Shown: one piece after another, positions 1 to 8,026 of the stretch
Layout: every line of letters starts with the position of its first letter
Numbering within the stretch: position 1 is the first letter of the stretch
Source: a virus
Lineage: Duplodnaviria > Caudoviricetes
Length of the DNA stretch: 33,378 nt
Direction: 5' to 3' (one strand)
Virus record (IMG/VR): IMGVR_UViG_3300037657_000071
Span: 1 to 33,378 of that record
Notes under the pieces: model-generated
Database searches by the model: none
What the model saw: the letters and a program-made list of their open reading frames with translations, nothing else
Told to the model about the DNA's origin: nothing
Made by a program: the position numbers and the translations under genes

Positions 1-746
1 AGCGGCGGCGCGGATGTGCCGAATCCCGTGCGTTGCCCGTAGCAGAAGACGAAGGGAATGGACTGCAGCGTCGTCGCGCCTTCTGCGTGCATCTGCCACT
101 CTTCCCGGCCTGCGGCGTTCGCCACTTTTCGGAATGTCCGCCAGCGGCCCGGTTCCAGAACTCGAACCTGCTCGATCGTCTTCTGGCCGAACTCGCCGTC
201 GTCCTCGCGCTCGGTTTCCAGCAGTCGCAACTGCATGAGCGTCACCACGCCGGCGACGCGCTGGCTCTTCCACCCCAGTACCGTGCCGATCGGGTAACGC
301 TTCCAGTACGGCCGCAGGCCCGCAGCGAGCTCCTCTGCCCGGGTTCGAACGCCCTGCGCGGGCGGGAAATCCACCAGCACGCCGCTAACGCCTGCAGACA
401 GAATATCGACCATCAGGTCGCCAGCGAACGCGTGGAGGTTGCGGCCCTCAAGGTCGATATTCTCGGAGAACTCTTGGATGCGCGCCGGCACATCCTCACC
501 CAGCTGCAACGGCTTGCTGAAAGGCTTGCCAGCCAGCACCCGCACCGTCTGGCTGTACGCGGGATAGAGCGTGCTTACGGCAAGTCTCGCGTCGTACGAA
601 TTATTCTCCTCGTTCGGCCATTGCGGCAGAAAGGTCTTCCCAGCTGCGCGCATGGCCGACGTTCCGCCCATCAGCGCGCGCACGAGCGGCCAGTGCTTGG
701 CCATCTCCGATACGGCGTCTGATGCTTTGCGGACTTCGTCGGTCAT
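1..746 (-). CDS. Portal protein, DUF4055-like (5' part; runs off the window edge)
   Basis: Not in the ORF track. Manual translation from ATG 746 gives MTDEVRKASDAVSEMAKHWPLVRALMGGTSAMRAAGKTFLPQWPNEENNSYDARLAVSTLYPAY..., open to position 1. Lies directly downstream of terL. Confidence 0.85.
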   Translation of the reverse strand, partial: MTDEVRKASDAVSEMAKHWPLVRALMGGTSAMRAAGKTFLPQWPNEENNSYDARLAVSTLYPAYSQTVRVLAGKPFSKPLQLGEDVPARIQEFSENIDLEGRNLHAFAGDLMVDILSAGVSGVLVDFPPAQGVRTRAEELAAGLRPYWKRYPIGTVLGWKSQRVAGVVTLMQLRLLETEREDDGEFGQKTIEQVRVLEPGRWRTFRKVANAAGREEWQMHAEGATTLQSIPFVFCYGQRTGFGTSAPP

Positions 747-756
747 CTGGTGGCCC

Positions 757-2172
757 TCACATGCGCAGCGGCGCTACGGTGACTGTTCTGGTCGGCATCG
801 TGCAGCGGTAGCGCACCTCGTCGGCGACGTGGTCTTCGGCATCAGTGTCGATGTCGTCTGTGTTTCGGTCGTCGCGCGGCAGCACGGGTACCGTTCGAAT
901 GAATTGCCGGCAGGTATCGAAAACAAGCAGCCCAGGCTCTTCCATGGGATGCTGAAGCGCCGCCTTCAACATCTTGCGCATGCGCTCCCAGCCGTTTCGG
1001 CGGCTACCCGGCCCCTTGTCGGCCTTCTCCCACTTCACGCCAAGGCGCTCCATATCGGCTGCAATGCAGACCCCGTTCTGAGTGTCGAAGATGGCCGAAT
1101 CCGCCGGGCCGGACCGCACGCGGCCAGCAATGCCGATCTCCTTCTCTGATTTGACGATTCCCCTTGCAACCTCCACGGCCAGCATTCGCAGGCCTTCATT
1201 CGGCTTTCCGCTCCAGCCGTACCACTCAGCAATGCGAATCAACGTGCCACGCGGGAAGCTGCGGCGGGATCCGTCACGCATGACGGCGTCAGTGCCGTCC
1301 GTTTCCGCCCACCAGCCGACACTGAATGGCTTGCTGCTGCCCCAGTCGAACGAGCGATCAATGCGCCAGCCAGCCGGGATGTCGAACGGTGCCAGGGCGT
1401 GCTTCGCTTGGTCCCACACGTCGTCGAACATGCCGCCTGCGACGATATTCCAGTCGCCGTCACGCATCGCCTTCACGAGTGCCGCATTGCCCAACCCTTC
1501 GAGGCGATCGACGTAATCCGGGTCGTTCTTGGTCAGCGTTGGGTTATCCGCCAGCTTTGCCGGGATGTACTGGCGGAGCATGCCGCCCTCGATCTTCGGC
1601 TGCCGCACGATCTTGCGCGGAGGTGCGATGTCGATGAACGTCGCCTTGACCCAGTTGTGGCCGATGCCACCCGGGTTAGCGCTTCCCAAGATGCGGGGGA
1701 AAAGACCGGCGTACTTCATGGGAAGCTTCAGCGCACCCATCCGGCACCGGCCGCGCAGGTACCGGTAGATTTTCTCGGTGAAGTGCGTCAGCTCATCCAG
1801 CATCAGGACATGAATCTCAGCGCCCTGATACTTGGTCACGTCCTTCTCGTACTGGCAGTGGCACAAGTGAATCTTCGAGCCGTTCCAGAACTCGATGAAG
1901 GCCTTCGACCAGTTGATCTTGACCAGACCGGAATCGATCCACTCCGAGAGCATGGCCGGGAATCCGCTCACGCCCTCCATGTGGTTCTTCAGTAGGTCAT
2001 CGGACAGGCGCCGGAAGATATAGACCTGCAGGCCGGGTACGTCGGTGCACCACGCGATCGCGCCGACTCGCATGAGATGAGACTTCCCGCCACCCGCCGC
2101 ACCGCCGTAAAGAATCTCCGTCGCCTGGGATAGGTACGCCTCACTCTGCTGCGGGTGGAGTGCGAGTTCCAT
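757..2172 (-). CDS. terL: Terminase large subunit
   Basis: 471 aa with Walker A GGAAGGGKS, Walker B LMLDE, coupling motif SANPGG and nuclease acidic residues FDWG...EDHVADEVRY. Confidence 0.95.
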   Translation of the reverse strand: MELALHPQQSEAYLSQATEILYGGAAGGGKSHLMRVGAIAWCTDVPGLQVYIFRRLSDDLLKNHMEGVSGFPAMLSEWIDSGLVKINWSKAFIEFWNGSKIHLCHCQYEKDVTKYQGAEIHVLMLDELTHFTEKIYRYLRGRCRMGALKLPMKYAGLFPRILGSANPGGIGHNWVKATFIDIAPPRKIVRQPKIEGGMLRQYIPAKLADNPTLTKNDPDYVDRLEGLGNAALVKAMRDGDWNIVAGGMFDDVWDQAKHALAPFDIPAGWRIDRSFDWGSSKPFSVGWWAETDGTDAVMRDGSRRSFPRGTLIRIAEWYGWSGKPNEGLRMLAVEVARGIVKSEKEIGIAGRVRSGPADSAIFDTQNGVCIAADMERLGVKWEKADKGPGSRRNGWERMRKMLKAALQHPMEEPGLLVFDTCRQFIRTVPVLPRDDRNTDDIDTDAEDHVADEVRYRCTMPTRTVTVAPLRM

Positions 2173-2677
2173 TCAGCACCAGCTTCAGTTCCGGCGTCTT
2201 GATCTCGCCGCTGTGCTCCACCCTTTCCTTGAACATTCCGAAGTGTCGGCCCAGCAGCTCAAGATTCCGGACCTTGTCCGGCCACTTGATCTTTTTCAGG
2301 ATGCCGATCATCTCGCGCTGGTCACCGCGGCCGTCAAACATCTCTGCAAGGTCAAACCCGCTCAGGTACTGACGCCAGACCTTCGGCCACTCGCTGACCG
2401 GCTTGATAGCCATCTGGTCATCCATGATATCCAAAACGTCCATCTGGTCGATCTCGATCATCCGCTTGAGCACGTAGTCGGCGTCGACCTCGGTGCGCGC
2501 AGAACGAGCCTTCTGGGCAGCTGATATCGCGGCTGCGACTCCAACATTACCCAACAATCTTGGGCCTTGCTGCTCTGCGGTCTTGGCGCTGTAGCCGGCG
2601 CGTATCGCGGCCTGCGTCGCGTTTAAATCGATCAGGTACTCATCAACAAATCGCTGCTGGCGAGGCGTGAGTTTCAT
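2141..2677 (-). CDS. terS: Terminase small subunit
   Basis: Start reassigned to ATG 2677 (RBS AGGAAAGG). MKLTPRQQRFVDEYLIDLNATQAAIRAGYS is the typical TerS N-terminus. 178 aa. Confidence 0.93.
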   Translation of the reverse strand: MKLTPRQQRFVDEYLIDLNATQAAIRAGYSAKTAEQQGPRLLGNVGVAAAISAAQKARSARTEVDADYVLKRMIEIDQMDVLDIMDDQMAIKPVSEWPKVWRQYLSGFDLAEMFDGRGDQREMIGILKKIKWPDKVRNLELLGRHFGMFKERVEHSGEIKTPELKLVLNGTRTPPAAE

Positions 2678-2822
2678 GTCGGCACCTTTCCTGGTGACAG
2701 CATGCGTGGTGCGGCTGCCGTTTCCACGGCGAACTTGACGCCAGCTTCCGCAGGCAAAGAAAGTTCCGGAACCGCCCGAAAACGGCCCCGGCAAAGGACA
2801 ACAAGGAGGAGGGATAGGCGAC

Positions 2823-2856
2823 AAAAAGCCCGCCGAGATTTCTCTGGGCGGGCTTT
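2823..2856 (-). terminator. Intrinsic terminator (tR'-like) at the start of the late operon
   Basis: Minus strand reads AAAGCCCGCC-CAGAGAAATCTC-GGCGGGC-TTTTT, between the Q-like gene and terS. Confidence 0.8.
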
Positions 2857-2875
2857 GGGTACTTATCCGAAACGA

Positions 2876-2905
2876 ACTCTAATCCCACATCGAATTTGGA
2901 GTCAA
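2876..2905 (-). promoter_or_regulatory. Putative late promoter pR'
   Basis: -35 TTGACT (2905-2900), 18-bp spacer, -10-like TAGAGT (2881-2876). Sits just after the Q-like stop and just before the terminator, as in lambdoid phages. Confidence 0.6.
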
Positions 2906-2911
2906 TTTTTT

Positions 2912-3493
2912 TCAGCGCTCCACAAGGCCTTTCGCGAACAAATTGGCATCAATGGCTTTCATCGCGCGGCCCTCGATGCCACCGAGGTGTTTCGCGATGC
3001 GCTTCGCGTGGTCACCCATCGTGTCCCGCCCGACGCCAGCGTGCTCCGCCAGCTCGCCCAGATTGACGGTGTCGCCGAAGATGCGGCGGACGATGCCATT
3101 CCGAACGCGGTAGTGGCTCACGGTACCGGCCAAGGCCATCCGTAGCACGTACTCCGTCAGATGGTCGGTTGCCGCGCGCCACTCACGGCCGGGACGCCAG
3201 CCGCTGCAGCAGGATTGCCGGCACTCGCACCGGTCGCGGCGCGGCGCGAAGCGTGCGGTGACCACCATCGCTTCGGCGGGGTTCAGGCGCGACACCTCTG
3301 CGCGGATCAGCCCAGCCTGGCCGGCGCCATCCAGGCCGACCAGTCCCTTTCCGCTGCGCTTCGGGCCGTCAGACATCCGGTTCATCCTTGGCCGGTCGTA
3401 GGCTTGGTGCGAGAAGTTGAAGGCGAACACAAGCGCGGCGTGCGTGCTGCCGAACAGCGGCTCGACTTCGATCTGTTGTGCGGCTTCGCTCAT
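2912..3493 (-). CDS. Putative late antiterminator (Q-like) / DNA-binding protein
   Basis: Start ATG 3493 overlaps the rusA stop (ATGA). 193 aa with a Cys cluster (CECRQSCC) and a C-terminal HTH-like segment. Last gene before pR'/tR'. Confidence 0.65.
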   Translation of the reverse strand: MSEAAQQIEVEPLFGSTHAALVFAFNFSHQAYDRPRMNRMSDGPKRSGKGLVGLDGAGQAGLIRAEVSRLNPAEAMVVTARFAPRRDRCECRQSCCSGWRPGREWRAATDHLTEYVLRMALAGTVSHYRVRNGIVRRIFGDTVNLGELAEHAGVGRDTMGDHAKRIAKHLGGIEGRAMKAIDANLFAKGLVER

Positions 3494-3927
3494 GCGACCT
3501 CCCTGATCTCGATGACCACACCCGGCGTGTCGAGTGCGTCGATGTCTTCGAGCGGGTAGGTCTTCCACAGCTTCGTGTAGCCGATGACCCGGGCGTCGTC
3601 TGCCCATATGCCGGCATCGGTCAGCGCGTCCTCGGTGGAGCGCGCAAGCTTGGAAAGGTCTGGGGTGCGCATCGGGTACGTGCGCCGGCGCTTCGGTGCG
3701 CTGGCCGGCTTTTGCAGCGTGAAGACCATGCTCACGACAACCGGGCCGTCGATCGGCGCCGCGCCGGTTCGCTCGCGCAGCGCCTCGGCTGCCGCTTTCA
3801 CGTCCTGCCGCCACGGACGGACCTTCTTCGACGACTCCGTGAGGATCGCCCGGCCGGCCTTGCTCATGCCCTTGAAGCTTTTCGAGCCCTGCGGCGCCGG
3901 CGTGCCGCGCACCGTCAGCCTGATCAC
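3490..3927 (-). CDS. rusA: RusA-family Holliday junction resolvase
   Basis: GTG 3927 overlaps the upstream TGA. Motifs GTPAPQGSK and PDLSKLARSTEDALTDAGIWADDARV. 145 aa. Confidence 0.88.
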   Translation of the reverse strand: MIRLTVRGTPAPQGSKSFKGMSKAGRAILTESSKKVRPWRQDVKAAAEALRERTGAAPIDGPVVVSMVFTLQKPASAPKRRRTYPMRTPDLSKLARSTEDALTDAGIWADDARVIGYTKLWKTYPLEDIDALDTPGVVIEIREVA

Positions 3928-4157
3928 CCGCCCGTTGGGCGTCGCTTCGCCCACAACGCGTTGACCGCAGCCTTCAGCCTCTCGGCGTCCGCCGTCGCCA
4001 TTCGTTCGTACTGCGCCTGTCGCGCATGCCGCGGCAGATTCGAAACCCAGCGCACCTTGCATTCCCAGCACTCCGTCATTCGGTACCATCCTGATTCACC
4101 TCCGTTTGCTGCCGCGCGGGCGCAGCAGTCGCACTCACCATCTGCTTCACGCTGCAT
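3924..4157 (-). CDS. Small hypothetical protein with CxxC pairs
   Basis: 77 aa, MQREADGECDCCAR...ECWECKV. Overlaps both neighbouring genes in operon fashion. Confidence 0.55.
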   Translation of the reverse strand: MQREADGECDCCARAAANGGESGWYRMTECWECKVRWVSNLPRHARQAQYERMATADAERLKAAVNALWAKRRPTGG

Positions 4158-4692
4158 CCGTCTGTGCTCTTCGCGGCTCGCAGCGCCCTCCCTCCCAAAC
4201 TTCGTCCAGCGCCTCGGAAGCCATCGCGATCTGTGTCGGCGTGACCGGCTCGCGGTCGAGGTACCGAGCGCGCAGCCGGCGCGCCCAACCCCTGTCGCCC
4301 GGAACGTCGACGCGAACCGCGACGGCACGCTCAACGTTGCGGGCTCGTTGCTCAGCGTCCGGCGTCGGTGGCGGAAGCGCCTTTGCCTGCTCGGCGACCG
4401 TCTGCCGGCACAGGTCCAGAAACTCGGGCAGGGTCGGCGGCATGCTTCGGTGCCGACAAGCCTCAAGCGCCTTGGCGATCCGATCGGACTGTCCAGCGAA
4501 TCCACCCAACTCCTGCGCCCAAGTCGCCTTTGCGTTCAGCAGCCCGCGGTCAAACTGCCGGCCGGCGCGCTCCACGGTCTCGCCACTGCGCCAGCGATCA
4601 ACCCACAGCGAGCCGTAAAGCCCCTGCATGCGGTCGAAAATCCGCTCAACCCACGAGTCGGGTAGCGGTTCCCTCGATGGTGCTGCCGTCAT
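4147..4692 (-). CDS. Replication protein, lambda P-like position
   Basis: 181 aa with WVERIFDRMQGLYG...W and PPTLPEFLDLC. Immediately follows the O-like initiator. Confidence 0.65.
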   Translation of the reverse strand: MTAAPSREPLPDSWVERIFDRMQGLYGSLWVDRWRSGETVERAGRQFDRGLLNAKATWAQELGGFAGQSDRIAKALEACRHRSMPPTLPEFLDLCRQTVAEQAKALPPPTPDAEQRARNVERAVAVRVDVPGDRGWARRLRARYLDREPVTPTQIAMASEALDEVWEGGRCEPRRAQTDAA

Positions 4693-5635
4693 CGGTCTGC
4701 CCTTGCTCATCGGCGGCGCAGGCCGCCCGGAAATCGGAAAGTCGGGTGCCCGCGGCGATGCGGCGGGCGTCTTCTCGGCTCATTCGGTCGGGCGGACTGC
4801 GGTTCTTGGCGGCCGCGCCGGTGTCCTGCAGAATCGCGTTCAGGTATCCGGCGTTGATCGCCGCGGCGCTGCCGCTGTCGTGTCGTCGCTGCTGCGCGAT
4901 CTCCAGCGCCTGAAGGGCCTGGGCATCGGTGACGCCGCGTGCTGCCCAGTCGCGGACGTTCGGGTCACCGGCCTGCAGCGCTGCGCCTCTGGGCCTGAGC
5001 AGCATCACGAGCTGCAGCGAACGCTCGTTGACCGAATCTGCTGGTCGAGCTCCAGGCAGCGCAGCAGCGTGTGACGTCACACGCTCCTCTGGTTGATCCA
5101 TTGCTGCTGCTTGTTCACTCTGGTGTCTGGTGTCTGGTGTCTGGGTAGACGTGTTGTCACGCGTGACAGGTGGCGTGACGTCTTGTGACTTGTCACGCTT
5201 CGTCACGCGTGACAACAACGCTTCGAGCTCACTCGTTTTCGTGTCGAATGCGGGTACGAAGCCGTGACCGCGGAGCGCTTCGAAAAGCTCCTTTCGGCGT
5301 GCGCGCGCCCTTTTCTGGCGTTCTCGTGCGTTGTCTCGCTTCGCCTCGCGGTCCGGAATCGTCTCCAGGTAGCGATCGATTTCTTCGTCGCACCTGTGTT
5401 GCCGGTATCCGTCGTCCGTGAGTTCGAAAAATTCGTCGAGGATCGTCTGCACCGCAGATTTTTCTTCACGACTGTGCGCGCGAACGCGTCGCTGGATGAG
5501 CTTGATGTCGGCCGGCAGCGGCGACTCGCTGGCCATGTACCAGCGGATCAGGCGGCTGTAGATCCCGTCCTCGCACGCCGTCAGATGCGCCGTGGCCTGG
5601 TCGTAGTCGCCGATGTGGTGCTCGTAGTAGTTCAT
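4646..5635 (-). CDS. Replication initiator, DUF1376/YdaU family
   Basis: Start ATG 5635 (ATGA overlap). MNYYEHHIGDY...HLTACEDGIYSRLIRWY is the DUF1376 N-terminus. 329 aa with internal DNA repeats. Confidence 0.85.
   Translation of the reverse strand: MNYYEHHIGDYDQATAHLTACEDGIYSRLIRWYMASESPLPADIKLIQRRVRAHSREEKSAVQTILDEFFELTDDGYRQHRCDEEIDRYLETIPDREAKRDNARERQKRARARRKELFEALRGHGFVPAFDTKTSELEALLSRVTKRDKSQDVTPPVTRDNTSTQTPDTRHQSEQAAAMDQPEERVTSHAAALPGARPADSVNERSLQLVMLLRPRGAALQAGDPNVRDWAARGVTDAQALQALEIAQQRRHDSGSAAAINAGYLNAILQDTGAAAKNRSPPDRMSREDARRIAAGTRLSDFRAACAADEQGQTDDGSTIEGTATRLVG
5066..5214. repeat. Putative replication origin: GTCAC/GTGAC palindrome cluster plus 7-mer tandem repeat
   Basis: AGCGTGTGACGTCACACGCT (5066-5085), CTGGTGT x3.5 (5120-5144), TGTCACGCGTGACA (5155-5168), GTGACTTGTCAC (5185-5196) and GTCACGCGTGAC (5202-5213), all inside the initiator gene. 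Confidence 0.7.
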
Positions 5636-6213
5636 GCGACCACCTCGCGGAGAGCTTGGTCGCGTCGGTTGTAAGCCTCCCACATGCGCAGGTTGGCCAG
5701 GCGCGCGATGTCCATGACCTGCGCCGGCGTCAGCTTGTGGGCGTCCCGGGCCGGCGTGGCGCGGCGTATGCACTGGACGATCACCTGCGGATCGCGCCGG
5801 TTACGCGGCTCGCGCAGCAACAGCACACCGCTCGCAGTGCTTGGCAGTGCGGCGAACAGGTCTTCGCGCCAGATTTCGGCGGGCAGCGCGTAGTAGTGCT
5901 TCCACACCTTATGAGGGTGCTCGATACGGTGCCCCGCGCTCCACCATTCGGGTGACCCTGGGGCGAGCCCTGCAGCGTCCTTCTCCTGCCATGTGAGGCG
6001 GTGCCACCACTTTTCCTTCTTGGCGTCGGCCTTCAGATCGGCGCGGCTGATCTTGACCTCGACGTCGATGATCCGCAGGTCTGTTGTAACGCCCAGCACG
6101 TCACACTCGTGGCCAGTCCAGCCGCAGTTGTCGACCAGCACAACGCACTTGCGCGCCAGCGTCTGCAGCGCGATGGCGCGGGCGATCATGGCTTCGGACC
6201 ACTGGAAATTCAT
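5632..6213 (-). CDS. MmcB-like PD-(D/E)XK nuclease-fold protein
   Basis: 193 aa with ECDVLGV...DVEVKISRADLKAD...HYY...GVL pattern. ATGA overlaps at both ends. Confidence 0.65.
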   Translation of the reverse strand: MNFQWSEAMIARAIALQTLARKCVVLVDNCGWTGHECDVLGVTTDLRIIDVEVKISRADLKADAKKEKWWHRLTWQEKDAAGLAPGSPEWWSAGHRIEHPHKVWKHYYALPAEIWREDLFAALPSTASGVLLLREPRNRRDPQVIVQCIRRATPARDAHKLTPAQVMDIARLANLRMWEAYNRRDQALREVVA

Positions 6214-6722
6214 GCGGCACCTTGCAGCGGGATCGGTTGCCAGCCGTAAACTAGAAACCCTGCGATGCCGCTCTCGGCAAGCGCCTTGGTGTTCTTCGGG
6301 CCATAGGCCAGCAGCACCGACGGCGCGCCCCCGTTTGCAGCGGCGCGCGTGCCGTCGCCGTGGTGGAAGTGCAGACGCCCTGCGATGAACAGCATCGCGC
6401 TAGCACGGCGCCACCCCTGCTGAACGAACATTTCCGTCTCGGTTCGCGCGAAGATCAAGGCGATGCCGTCGCCGTGATCCGCCAGTCGCTGCAGCCACAC
6501 GCCGGTTTCCCGACCGTATGGTGGGTTCAGCCACACCCGGCCATGCCACGGCTTTTGCAGCCCGTTCTCGTTGATGGTGAAGTGCTGCGTAGCCATGTCC
6601 CACGGCCGAACAATCGGCGCACACGGGTCAAGGTCGAAGTCGCCAAGGGCACTGAGGATGCCGGGCGGCGTCAGCCACTCGTCCTTGCCCATTGCGTTAG
6701 ATTGATGCCCGCCGATAGTCAC
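6210..6722 (-). CDS. Phage DNA N6-adenine methyltransferase (Dam-like phage family)
   Basis: DEWLTPP, FDLDPCA and catalytic VWLNPPYG. Likely start is GTG 6722 (GTGA overlap). Confidence 0.88.
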   Translation of the reverse strand: MTIGGHQSNAMGKDEWLTPPGILSALGDFDLDPCAPIVRPWDMATQHFTINENGLQKPWHGRVWLNPPYGRETGVWLQRLADHGDGIALIFARTETEMFVQQGWRRASAMLFIAGRLHFHHGDGTRAAANGGAPSVLLAYGPKNTKALAESGIAGFLVYGWQPIPLQGAA

Positions 6723-6877
6723 TCGAACAACTCCATCTGCACCGGCTCGTGCCAAAGCCACGCGTTGCCCTCGCGCAGTCGGCGAGCGATATCACAGCGT
6801 GTCTCGACAGGGTCAGATTTCGGCCACTGACGCATGTGCATGGCGAAGTGCATGTCGAGCTGGTAGGCGGCGTTCAT
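6719..6877 (-). CDS. Small hypothetical protein ending QMELFE
   Basis: 52 aa. Start and stop overlap the neighbouring genes. Confidence 0.6.
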   Translation of the reverse strand: MNAAYQLDMHFAMHMRQWPKSDPVETRCDIARRLREGNAWLWHEPVQMELFE

Positions 6878-7074
6878 TGAAGAAGGTCGCTCAAGGCGAA
6901 CCATGCTTGACCACGTCGCATGCGGTTCAGCGAGAAGCCCGCGCGTTCAATCCTTCGGCGAGCCTTGCGCCGCTGGCGAGACGAGCCGGACAGGCCGACA
7001 TCAGCCCAAACGTAATCCGCCCACAGCATGCGCAAGCGGGGAAATTGCTGAACGATTGGCTGGGCTCGTTTCAT
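6874..7074 (-). CDS. Small basic hypothetical protein
   Basis: 66 aa with ATGA overlaps at both ends. Confidence 0.55.
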   Translation of the reverse strand: MKRAQPIVQQFPRLRMLWADYVWADVGLSGSSRQRRKARRRIERAGFSLNRMRRGQAWFALSDLLQ

Positions 7075-7682
7075 ACAGCGCCCGTGGTGGCCAGAGCCGC
7101 CTCGACATCAGCCAGGGCGCGATTCGTGGCCGCAGCCTTGTCGGCCAGCGCCTGTTGTGCAGCCTTCAACTCGTCGTGCGTGGCGCCGTCGATCAGATCC
7201 ACCACCGCCTGCACGGCGTCAGCGTCCTCCACGGTCATGGCGCGCAGGTGCTTCAGCGCATCGACAGACGACGGATCAGTGTCCGCAACGATCTCGCGCG
7301 CGCCGATACCAAGCGGGCGCAGCAGATCCTCGACGCAGTGCAGTCGCAGGTCCGAGGGCAGGGCGGCGAGAACAGTCGGCACGAAGTTCGCCGGCAACAG
7401 GTTCGTGTCCTTGGTGCTGTCGTCCAGCCACCGGAAAACACGGTCGGCATTCACCTTCGTGCGCTCGAATGAGTCTGTCGTGTGCGGCTCGAAGCGGATG
7501 CCGGTGTTCGCCGGTCCTTCGATCGCATCGTGCATGTCGACAATCGCCTGAACGACGGTTTCCCGGCTCCATCCGCTGCGCTTTCGCCATACCTGGACGT
7601 AGTCGAGCAGCGTGGCGATCGTCGTCCGATGCGACTCGTGTCGCATGACAGGGGTCGGCGCGATCCTTGACACTGGTTTCAT
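7071..7682 (-). CDS. CII-like / YdaT-like regulatory protein
   Basis: 203 aa directly after cro. NADRVFRWLDD...NLLPANFVPTVLAALP pattern. Confidence 0.65.
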   Translation of the reverse strand: MKPVSRIAPTPVMRHESHRTTIATLLDYVQVWRKRSGWSRETVVQAIVDMHDAIEGPANTGIRFEPHTTDSFERTKVNADRVFRWLDDSTKDTNLLPANFVPTVLAALPSDLRLHCVEDLLRPLGIGAREIVADTDPSSVDALKHLRAMTVEDADAVQAVVDLIDGATHDELKAAQQALADKAAATNRALADVEAALATTGAV

Positions 7683-7921
7683 GCTGCAGCCGCCTGCGCC
7701 GATGAGTTTCGGATAACCGCCCAGTCGACGTCAGTACGCAGATCCTCGACACGCACGGCGCCACAGGACTCTCGCTCGATGTTGATGCACGTCGACTCGG
7801 CGATCTTCTGGCCGCTGCTGATGGCCTTTCGCAGATATCCGACAGACGTTCCGCACCGCGTGGCGAAGTCGCGTTGCTCGGCGGTCGGTATGCCGTTCAG
7901 AAGAAGACGGAGCTTTTCCAT
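7679..7921 (-). CDS. cro: Cro/YdaS-like HTH repressor
   Basis: 80 aa with HTH QRDFATRCGTSVGYLRK and IERESCGAVRVEDLRTDVDW. Divergent from cI. Confidence 0.88.
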   Translation of the reverse strand: MEKLRLLLNGIPTAEQRDFATRCGTSVGYLRKAISSGQKIAESTCINIERESCGAVRVEDLRTDVDWAVIRNSSAQAAAA

Positions 7922-7950
7922 TGGGAGACAGAGTTAATGTGCATTCCCGG

Positions 7951-7979
7951 ACATTACCTTGAGGTAACGCCCCGGTCAA
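7951..7979 (-). promoter_or_regulatory. Early promoter PR
   Basis: TTGACC (7979-7974), 17 bp, TAATGT (7956-7951). The hexamers are identical to those of PL. Confidence 0.8.
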
Positions 7980-8007
7980 TACCTCCGGGTTATTTACCGT
8001 AAAGTAA
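7954..8007. promoter_or_regulatory. Operator OR: three 14-bp sites, consensus TTACC-N4-GGTAA
   Basis: TTACCTTGAGGTAA (7954-7967), ATACCTCCGGGTTA (7979-7992), TTACCGTAAAGTAA (7994-8007). Confidence 0.8.
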
Positions 8008-8021
8008 CGCCCGGAAACAAT
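7993..8021 (+). promoter_or_regulatory. Putative PRM giving a leaderless cI transcript
   Basis: TTTACC (7993-7998), 17 bp, AACAAT (8016-8021). ATG 8027 falls at the expected +1 and has no SD. Confidence 0.5.
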
Positions 8022-8026
8022 GGCGC

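Noticed and set aside
33-722. 229-aa plus-strand ORF and other long antisense ORFs (e.g. 3478-4665, 13035-13988, 26890-28062, 30680-31804)
   Set aside because: These are shadow frames opposite well-supported genes in high-GC DNA and contain no recognisable motifs.
2141-2824. Long N-terminal extensions in track ORFs (terS 2824, Q 3814, rusA 4089, initiator 5773, HNH 17134, DUF2163 26017)
   Set aside because: Downstream starts have an RBS or stop/start overlaps and match family N-termini. The extensions overlap other genes or regulatory DNA.
7071-7921. YdaS/YdaT toxin-antitoxin system
   Set aside because: Position opposite cI with OR operators indicates Cro and CII equivalents.
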